DNA of 64,000 nucleotides from positions 115-64,114 of the forward strand of contig CAYTAJ010000002.1 in assembly GCA_964435725.1 (NCBI GenBank). Reading direction: 5' to 3'. Positions within the stretch are counted from its first letter, which is position 1, and each line of letters begins with the position of its first letter. The notes beneath the pieces were generated by a model. The model was not told the origin of the DNA. It ran no database searches and saw only the letters and a list, made by a program, of their open reading frames with translations. A program made the position numbers and the translations under genes. This document shows positions 57,177-64,000 of this stretch, in pieces. This DNA comes from an uncultured Algimonas sp. (GTDB lineage: Bacteria > Pseudomonadota > Alphaproteobacteria > Caulobacterales > Maricaulaceae).

Positions 57177-57926
57177 ATGGCTGAACAGCGTTTGTATCAC
57201 ACGGTATCGAATCAGATATTGGAATTAATTGACTCTGGCGTCTTTCCGCCGGGTAGTCGCTTGCCGGGGGAGCGTGATCTCGCAAAACAATTTGGCGTCA
57301 GTCGTGTGGCTGTGCGCGAAGCTGAAATTGCGCTTCAGGCGCAGGGGCGTCTTGAAATAAAAGTAGGGTCTGGGGCTTATGTCCTTGATGGCGGTGGTCA
57401 ATTGGGGCGTGGTCAACCCCGCGTGGGGCCGTTTGAACTTACGGAAGCTCGTGCGTTATTTGAGGCTGAGGCTGCGGCTCTTGCGGCGCCCATCATTACT
57501 GATGAGGCTATAAACGAGTTAGAAGGATATATAAATGCTATGTTGGGTAAAGGGGCAATGGCCGCTGCTGACGTTGAGGAAGCGGACAGGTTGTTTCATC
57601 TAACAATTGCGAAAGCAACGAATAACCCTGCGATTATCTATACCATTGAAAACTTATGGAAAATGCGAGCAGAGGCTACAAAAGTTCAAACGGTCTATGG
57701 CTATGTTTGTCATAGTGATGATACGCTTTTAGAAGATGAACATAGGGCGATTTTAAACGCCCTAAAAGCGAGGGACTCGTCTATGGCCCGAAAAACCATG
57801 CGGGCCCATTTCACACGCATGATTGAAGCGCTTCTACAAGCGTCAGAGGAGGAGGCATACCGCGAGGTTAAGCGCAAAGCCTCTGAGAGCCGGTCTCGGT
57901 TCTTACTGACGAAGCAAATGACATAA
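57177..57926 (+). CDS. GntR/FadR family transcriptional regulator
   Basis: PGSRLPGERDLAKQFGVSRVAVREA wHTH and an FCD domain (DRLFHLTIAKATNN, EHRAILNAL). Confidence 0.94.
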   Translation: MAEQRLYHTVSNQILELIDSGVFPPGSRLPGERDLAKQFGVSRVAVREAEIALQAQGRLEIKVGSGAYVLDGGGQLGRGQPRVGPFELTEARALFEAEAAALAAPIITDEAINELEGYINAMLGKGAMAAADVEEADRLFHLTIAKATNNPAIIYTIENLWKMRAEATKVQTVYGYVCHSDDTLLEDEHRAILNALKARDSSMARKTMRAHFTRMIEALLQASEEEAYREVKRKASESRSRFLLTKQMT

Positions 57927-58080
57927 AATATCTATACCAATGGTGTAAATTGGTTTGAAATATTGGTTGACACATAGGCCTTAATTTCGGATATTTTGGC
58001 TATCAAAAAAGCGCGAGATTGCTTGTTGTTACTCTTCTGAATTCAACATGCGGTGGGACGTCTTTTCTCAGGGGAACGGC

Positions 58081-60342
58081 ATGAAAACTCGCAATCTGAA
58101 ATCTGTAATGTGTTTAACCACTGCGGTTTTACTCTCCGCCTGTGGGAGCTCATCTAATGATGATGCGAGTATCATTCTGGTAAAAGATCAAGCGGCTTAT
58201 AAAGACGCTGTGAAAAATGCCGAACCGGGTGATGTTATCAAATTAGCCAATGGCACATGGGAAGACTTTGAAATTCTTTTCATGGGTGAAGGGGAAGAGG
58301 GTAACCCCATTCGATTGACGGCTGAGACGAAAGGGGAAGTTATTCTTTCGGGTCAATCTAACCTGCGCCTTGCAGGAGAGTATCTCGAGGTCTCGGGGTT
58401 GGTTTTCAAAGATGGATATACTCCGACAAGTGAAGTTATCTCGTTCCGTCAGAATGCTAAAAATTTAGCAAATAACTCCCGTGTGACAGAGGTCGTAATC
58501 GACGATTTTAACAATCCAGAACGATTTGAAGTTGACTTCTGGGTTATGATGTACGGGCAAAATAATCAATTTGACAGCAACCATATTGTTGGGAAGCGTA
58601 ATAAGGGCGTCACAATGGCGGTGCGTTTGAATACAGAAGCAAGCCAGAATAATAACCACATCATTGAAAATAATTATTTCGGGCCACGTCAAATCTTAGG
58701 GTCTAATGGCGGCGAGACCTTACGGGTTGGTACGAGCCATTATTCCCGCACCGACTCTTTCACCACTGTTCGGAATAATTATTTTGACCGTACTGATGGT
58801 GAATTGGAAGTTATCTCGAATAAATCCGGTCGTAATACATTTAAGAATAATACGTTTTATGAAGCCCGCGGAACGCTTACGATGCGTCACGGTAATAACA
58901 ACCTTGTTGAGGATAATGTCTTTTTCGGTAATGGGGCCGACCATACGGGTGGGCTACGCGTCATCAATGCAGGTCAAACCATTCGGAATAACTATATTGA
59001 GGGTGTGACGGGTTCGCGTTTCGGTGGCGCTTTGGTTGTGATGAACGGCGTGCCGAACGGACCTATTAATCGCTATGACCCGGTTATTGATGCCGTTATC
59101 GAAAATAATACGCTTATTAATAGCGACAATGTCCAGCTTGGGGCGGGCAGCGACGAAGAACGCAGTGCTGTCCCTGAAAATAGCGTCTTTCAAAATAACC
59201 TTATTTACAGTGAAAAAGGCGTCGATGTTTTCACTGTCTATGATGATATGAGCGGCATAGACTTTAAAGAAAATATATTGGGGGAACAGCCTCTACCGAC
59301 GTTTTCGGACGGGTTTGTATCCAAAGAGATAGCTTTGACGCGCGCAGGTAACGGCCTGCTCTATCCGCAATCCGACATTGCCGCAGGTGTCTCGCGCGAC
59401 ATATCGGTCACATCTAAGGATGAGACAGGGGTCACATGGTATCCCAAGGCTGAACCCAATGTGGCTTTCGGATCCGGTAAGACGATCAATGTTGAGCCGG
59501 AAGAGGGGGCTGTCTTTGATGCTGTTGAGGCTGCTGAGGCGGGTGATGTTATCTCTCTAGCGGCAGGTGATTATGTCGTGAGTAAATTTCTTCATCTGGA
59601 TAAGCCTTTGACCTTCAAGGCCGATGGAGACGTTAATCTGACATTTGAACGATCGGCTTTATTTGAAATTCAAAATGGCGGGGGCTTGCAAATTGTCGGC
59701 TTGACAATTTCCGGTGCGGATGCACCGGATAATACCGGCAATGCCGTTATCCGAACATCGCCTTATTCCATGTTGAAAAACTACCGACTTGAGATAATCG
59801 ATAGTGAATTTGTGGATATGGACGTCAACCGTTCTTTCAATATGGTGTCCGTTTCCAAGGGAACTTTTGCGGACGATATTTTGATTAAAAATTCGAGCTT
59901 TAGCGATGTGACTGGCGCCATTCTAAAGCTGGATAAAGAGATTGAAGATTATGGTATTTATAATGCTGAATATCTCACAATAGAAAACTCTCGCTTCGAA
60001 AATGTTCAAGGGGCCTTAGTTGATTATTATAGAGGCGGAACGGATGAAAGTACCTTTGGTCCTCACTTCAGTCTCAAAAACTCTTCTCTAAAAAATGTCG
60101 GTAATGGGAGCAGGAATAAATCTAAAGCCTCTATTCACTTGCACGGCGTGCAGGTCACAAACATTTCTGATAATGTCTTTGAGGATAGCCAGTCATTTTT
60201 GATTAATCATACAGTTGGTGAACCTAAAACGCGTATTTTTGACAATCAATTTATCAATACGGGGGCGCCAAAAGTCTTTGAACTCAATAGCGGGTTGGCG
60301 CCAACTGCAATCATTGAAAGCAATACGGGGTTAAATCAATAA
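58081..60342 (+). CDS. polysaccharide lyase family 6 alginate lyase (two beta-helix domains), lipoprotein
   Basis: Lipobox LLSAC. Chondroitinase-B-like motifs PGDVIKLANG, GSNGGETLRVGTS, GELEVISNKS, GTLTMRHG. Second beta-helix domain. Adjacent to PL17. Confidence 0.9.
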   Translation: MKTRNLKSVMCLTTAVLLSACGSSSNDDASIILVKDQAAYKDAVKNAEPGDVIKLANGTWEDFEILFMGEGEEGNPIRLTAETKGEVILSGQSNLRLAGEYLEVSGLVFKDGYTPTSEVISFRQNAKNLANNSRVTEVVIDDFNNPERFEVDFWVMMYGQNNQFDSNHIVGKRNKGVTMAVRLNTEASQNNNHIIENNYFGPRQILGSNGGETLRVGTSHYSRTDSFTTVRNNYFDRTDGELEVISNKSGRNTFKNNTFYEARGTLTMRHGNNNLVEDNVFFGNGADHTGGLRVINAGQTIRNNYIEGVTGSRFGGALVVMNGVPNGPINRYDPVIDAVIENNTLINSDNVQLGAGSDEERSAVPENSVFQNNLIYSEKGVDVFTVYDDMSGIDFKENILGEQPLPTFSDGFVSKEIALTRAGNGLLYPQSDIAAGVSRDISVTSKDETGVTWYPKAEPNVAFGSGKTINVEPEEGAVFDAVEAAEAGDVISLAAGDYVVSKFLHLDKPLTFKADGDVNLTFERSALFEIQNGGGLQIVGLTISGADAPDNTGNAVIRTSPYSMLKNYRLEIIDSEFVDMDVNRSFNMVSVSKGTFADDILIKNSSFSDVTGAILKLDKEIEDYGIYNAEYLTIENSRFENVQGALVDYYRGGTDESTFGPHFSLKNSSLKNVGNGSRNKSKASIHLHGVQVTNISDNVFEDSQSFLINHTVGEPKTRIFDNQFINTGAPKVFELNSGLAPTAIIESNTGLNQ

Positions 60343-62507
60343 TGCGTCGCAGAGCTTATATCCTTCCAGCTTTACTTCTGGGGGCCGCAATTGTCGGCTG
60401 CAATAATGTTACGCCAGCAGATGTGACGCAAGAGGTGGTCACGCCTTCAGGGTTCGATATGACGTTGCAGTCAGCCAAAGCTAAAATAGAAGCGCAGATG
60501 CTGGATACGCCTGTCATCCCAATACCGAAAGATGCGGGTGGTGGGTATACCCATGAAAAACACAAAGATAATGCTAAATTGATCTATGATGCAGGCCAAA
60601 TTTATAAGCTGACAGGTGAAAAAGCTTTTGCAGATTTTGCCGCAAAGCTAATGATAGGCTATGCAGATGTTTATCCGGATTGGGAATTGCATCCAGAGCA
60701 AAAAGAGCAATCACCGGGTCGGATGTTTTGGCAGAATTTGAATGAGAGCTGGTGGTTGGTTCACGTGTCTCAATCTTATGGTGCGATTAAAGACACATTG
60801 AGCGAAGACCAAAAAGCGCATATTGAAACAAATCTTTTGCGAAATATGGCGAATTTTCTTTCTGTCGAAGCGCCTGAAACTTTTGATAAAATTCATAACC
60901 ACGGAACTTGGGCGACTGCGGCTGTTGGGCTGACGGGCTATGCCATAGGCGACCAAAATTATGTCGAGCAAGCCCTTTTAGGGCTGGATAAATCTGGCAA
61001 GGCTGGGTTCTTGAAGCAAATGGACGTCCTGTTTTCACCAGACGGTTATTACAATGAGGGGCCTTATTATCAGCGCTACGCTTTGATGCCTTTTGTCGTT
61101 TTTGCTCATGCTGTGAATAAGAATAACCCCGAAAAGAAAATTTTTGAAAAACGGGATGGTATTTTAAAGAAAGCGATTTTCACCACTATTCAGCAAAGCT
61201 ATGGCGGATTATTTTTTCCAATCAACGATGCGATAAAAGATAAAGATATTGCAACAACAGAACTCCTTCATGGTGTTGCAATAGCCTATGACTTAACAGG
61301 TGATGAGGGTCTGTTGTCCATTGCTGAAGCACAAGGAAAATTTGTGCTGACACCTGAAAGTCAAAAAGTCTCTCGCGACCTAGCTGCCGGTAAAGCTAAG
61401 CCTTTTGACTTTAAATCCATGCGGCTCTCTGATGGAGCGGACGGAACGCAAGGGGCTTTGGATATATTACGGGCATCCTCTGATCCGAATGACTTAACAG
61501 TTGTTGCGAAAAACACCTCACAAGGTTTGGGGCATGGTCATTTCGATAAAATGGGTCTTCTGATTTATGATCAAGGTCATGAGATTATCAGAGATTATGG
61601 TGCCGCACGCTTCCTCAACGTAGAGGCCAAATATGGCGGACACTACCTCCCGGAAAATAATGCTTATGCGAAGCAAACGATTGCGCATAATGCCTTAGTT
61701 GTTGACGAAGAAAGTCACTTTAAGGGCGTGACGGCGACAGGGAATGAATTCGCCCCAACGCTCGGCACCTTTACGGGTGAGGGGGATTTAAAAATCACCT
61801 CTGCAGAAATTGATACTGCATATGACGGTGTTTTATTGCGTCGGACAGTGGCCCTTATCAATGATAAGATATTTCCTATCCCTGTCGTCGTTGACGTGAT
61901 GCAAGCGCAATCTGATGAAGCGCATCAATATGATTTACCCTTCCATTATAACGGGCAAGTGACGGATACGAATTTTGTTTTAGAAGCTGATCCTGTTTCT
62001 CGTTCGCCTTTGGGCACAAAAAATGGCTATCAATATTTATGGAAAGTTGCAGAAAGTCGCGCGGTTGACGGTTTGTCACAATTCACATTCCTAAAAGATA
62101 GACGGTTTTATACGGTGACCTCAGCCGTTGCTGACAACACAGATGTTATCATTGCTGAGACAGGTGCCAATGACCCTAATATAAATCTACGCCGTGAGCC
62201 CGCCTTTATTCTGCGAAGCTGGGTTGATGGGGATGTGACATTTGCGTCAGTTATTGAGCCTCATGGCGAATATAATCCAACGGTGGAGTACACACTCAAT
62301 AGCCATAGCCACATTAAAACAGTGTCTCACTTTGCGGGCGAAGGCTCTGATTATGTGGAGATAGAAACTAAAAATGGAGACCGTGTCGGACTTGCTCTCG
62401 CGCAACAAGCAGATACCGATAGGGAACACACAATTGAGGCGAACGGAAAGACTGTGTCTTGGACCGGGCCGCATAAACTTTTCACATCTGATATGCTGTC
62501 TGAATGA
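60342..62507 (+). CDS. polysaccharide lyase family 17 oligoalginate lyase, lipoprotein
   Basis: GGGYTHEKHK, GRMFWQNLNE, IHNHGTW, GYYNEGPYYQRY, GHGHFDK, DYGAARFLNVE, QTIAHN motifs (alginate-lyase plus heparinase II/III-like). Lipobox IVGC. Confidence 0.92.
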   Translation: MRRRAYILPALLLGAAIVGCNNVTPADVTQEVVTPSGFDMTLQSAKAKIEAQMLDTPVIPIPKDAGGGYTHEKHKDNAKLIYDAGQIYKLTGEKAFADFAAKLMIGYADVYPDWELHPEQKEQSPGRMFWQNLNESWWLVHVSQSYGAIKDTLSEDQKAHIETNLLRNMANFLSVEAPETFDKIHNHGTWATAAVGLTGYAIGDQNYVEQALLGLDKSGKAGFLKQMDVLFSPDGYYNEGPYYQRYALMPFVVFAHAVNKNNPEKKIFEKRDGILKKAIFTTIQQSYGGLFFPINDAIKDKDIATTELLHGVAIAYDLTGDEGLLSIAEAQGKFVLTPESQKVSRDLAAGKAKPFDFKSMRLSDGADGTQGALDILRASSDPNDLTVVAKNTSQGLGHGHFDKMGLLIYDQGHEIIRDYGAARFLNVEAKYGGHYLPENNAYAKQTIAHNALVVDEESHFKGVTATGNEFAPTLGTFTGEGDLKITSAEIDTAYDGVLLRRTVALINDKIFPIPVVVDVMQAQSDEAHQYDLPFHYNGQVTDTNFVLEADPVSRSPLGTKNGYQYLWKVAESRAVDGLSQFTFLKDRRFYTVTSAVADNTDVIIAETGANDPNINLRREPAFILRSWVDGDVTFASVIEPHGEYNPTVEYTLNSHSHIKTVSHFAGEGSDYVEIETKNGDRVGLALAQQADTDREHTIEANGKTVSWTGPHKLFTSDMLSE

Positions 62508-62595
62508 GCATAGTGGATAATCAAAAATCAAATTGCGTTACGAGGGCTTAGAGAACCCAAACATCAAAAGACGCATAACCTACAGGAGTACATCT

Positions 62596-63477
62596 ATGTC
62601 TAAACCAGTTATTGGCTTTATCGGCCTCGGCCTTATGGGCGGCAATATGGTCGAAAACCTTCAAAAAAGAGGGTATGAAGTCGTCGTTATGGACCTTAAC
62701 AAGGACGCTGTTGCCAGAGTCTTAGAGCGTGGCAATGCAACAGAAGCCAGTTCGCCAAAAGAACTCGCAGAGAAAAGTGATATTGTAGAATTCTGCCTGA
62801 CAACATCCGCTGTTGTTGAAAAGATTGTTTATGGTGAAAATGGTATCTTAGAAGGTATCAAAGAAGGGTCCGTCCTGATTGACTTCGGCACGTCTATCCC
62901 CGCTTCAACAAAGAAGATCGGTGCTGATTTGGCTAAAAAAGGCGTTGGCATGATTGATGCGCCATTAGGGCGTACACCCGCACATGCAAAAGATGGCTTA
63001 CTAAATATTATGGCGGCCGGTGACAAAGAGACATTCGAAAAATATCTTCCAATCCTAAAAGAGCAGGGCGAAAATGTTTTCTATCTCGGTGGACTGGGTT
63101 CAGGACACGTTACAAAGCTCATCAATAACTTCATGGGTATGACAACGGTAACGGCTATGTCTCAGGCGTTTGCTGCCGCTGAATTGGCCGGTGTGGACCG
63201 TCAGCAGCTTTATGATATTATGTCAGCAGGTCCGTCAAATTCACCCTTTATGAAGTTCTGTAAAAACTATGCCGTTGATGGCGTTAGTGATTTGGGCTTC
63301 TCAATTAATAACGCCAATAAAGATTTGGGATATTTCGTGCAAATGATGTCTGATCTAGGGTCACGCTCTTTGGTCGCTGAAGGAACATCAACGTCTCTAC
63401 AAGCCGCCGTTGATGCGGGTATGGGGAACGGAAATGTGCCAGAGATTTTTGATTATTTTGTGAAGCTTAAAAAGTAA
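62596..63477 (+). CDS. NAD(P)-dependent beta-hydroxyacid dehydrogenase family oxidoreductase
   Basis: GFIGLGLMG Rossmann motif, IDAPLG, KLINN. AGGAG RBS before ATG 62596. Confidence 0.88.
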   Translation: MSKPVIGFIGLGLMGGNMVENLQKRGYEVVVMDLNKDAVARVLERGNATEASSPKELAEKSDIVEFCLTTSAVVEKIVYGENGILEGIKEGSVLIDFGTSIPASTKKIGADLAKKGVGMIDAPLGRTPAHAKDGLLNIMAAGDKETFEKYLPILKEQGENVFYLGGLGSGHVTKLINNFMGMTTVTAMSQAFAAAELAGVDRQQLYDIMSAGPSNSPFMKFCKNYAVDGVSDLGFSINNANKDLGYFVQMMSDLGSRSLVAEGTSTSLQAAVDAGMGNGNVPEIFDYFVKLKK

Positions 63478-63611
63478 GCAAAAATAAAATTTCGAATTAA
63501 ATAAATTGATTGAGATGCAGTGGGTTTACCTTGCATCTCATAAATTGGCCTCTATTACCGGCGCGGCGATTCAAAGTAGCGACGGTATATTCTTTTCAAA
63601 AGGCTTTTAAA

Positions 63612-64000
63612 ATGAGTGAAAAATTAATCTCTTCATTGCGTGCAAAACGCGTTGTCCCTCTTGTCCAATCCGATGATCCTAAGACGGCTTTAAAAATATC
63701 AGAAGCCTTAATGGAAGGTGGATTAGACGTGCTTGAGGTCGTTTTGCGCACCGATGAAGCTTTGGACTGCCTCGAAGCGATTGTTAAAGAATTTCCACAC
63801 GCTCATGTCGGCGCAGGGACTGTTCTGAGCGCGGGTCAATCCAAAGAAGTGATACGCCGAGGCGCGACCTTTATTGTATCACCCGGACTTGATCCTGCCT
63901 CTGTTGATGTGGCGAAAGCGGCGGATATTCCAATTTTACCCGGTATTTCAACGGCTACAGAATTACAAAGCGCGTGGAATATGGGGCTTCGGACGGTGAA
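63612..64000 (+). CDS. eda: KDPG/KHG aldolase (truncated by the window end; not in the ORF track)
   Basis: Manual translation MSEKLISSLRAKRVVPLVQ...LEVVLRT...VGAGTVL...FIVSPG...LPGISTATE, running off the end. Confidence 0.92.
   Translation, partial: MSEKLISSLRAKRVVPLVQSDDPKTALKISEALMEGGLDVLEVVLRTDEALDCLEAIVKEFPHAHVGAGTVLSAGQSKEVIRRGATFIVSPGLDPASVDVAKAADIPILPGISTATELQSAWNMGLRTV

Noticed and set aside
2532-62531. The many short overlapping ORFs in the track (60-170 aa) inside or antisense to assigned genes
   Set aside because: They overlap well-supported CDSs, have no family motifs and show atypical composition, so they are treated as spurious.
63511-63540. TGAGATGCA...TGCATCTCA hairpin between the oxidoreductase and eda
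   Set aside because: It has a long loop and no U-tract. It could be an mRNA stability element, but there is not enough evidence to call a terminator or ncRNA.
1-64000. rRNA, tRNA, CRISPR arrays, prophage or anti-phage defence genes
   Set aside because: No intergenic space or sequence motif consistent with these was found by eye, and all large gaps are explained by promoters and terminators.

Overview
Bacterial window with no rRNA, tRNA, CRISPR array or recognisable transposase/integrase. Gene content and a CtrA-type box suggest a marine alphaproteobacterium, possibly Caulobacterales/Maricaulales-like (inference only). It has three blocks. (1) 1-24.2 kb is an AT-richer accessory region built around an atypical Tad/Flp pilus locus: flp, cpaA, tadE, tadG, tadE, orphan, cpaB, a long cpaF with an FHA-like N-terminus, tadB, tadC, a degenerate-FHA membrane protein, a pseudokinase-TM-cadherin protein, a 43-aa pilin-like ORF missing from the ORF track, a second short cpaF, and an orphan. 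A divergent operon encodes a secreted orphan, a secreted vWA protein and a MacB-like ABC fusion. No secretin, CpaE/TadZ or TadD gene is visible. (2) 24.5-41.6 kb is housekeeping: glyoxylate shunt aceBA with a RamB/ScfR regulator and an array of TTGTAAA boxes, an RND efflux pair, an ABC-F protein, and actP-acs. (3) 41.7-64 kb is a uronate/alginate utilisation locus: TRAP transporter, kduD, an RpiB-type isomerase, LacI, an FAH-family hydratase, a beta-helix enzyme, two TonB receptors, GntR, PL6 and PL17 lyases, an oxidoreductase and eda. Separate LacI-type and GntR-type operator palindromes can be read directly in the DNA. The most interesting signal is block 1: a Tad machine carrying apparently catalytically dead kinase/FHA modules and T6SS-regulatory-like parts, reminiscent of predatory Kil-type Tad systems. 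All product calls come from motif recognition by eye; no database searches were run.
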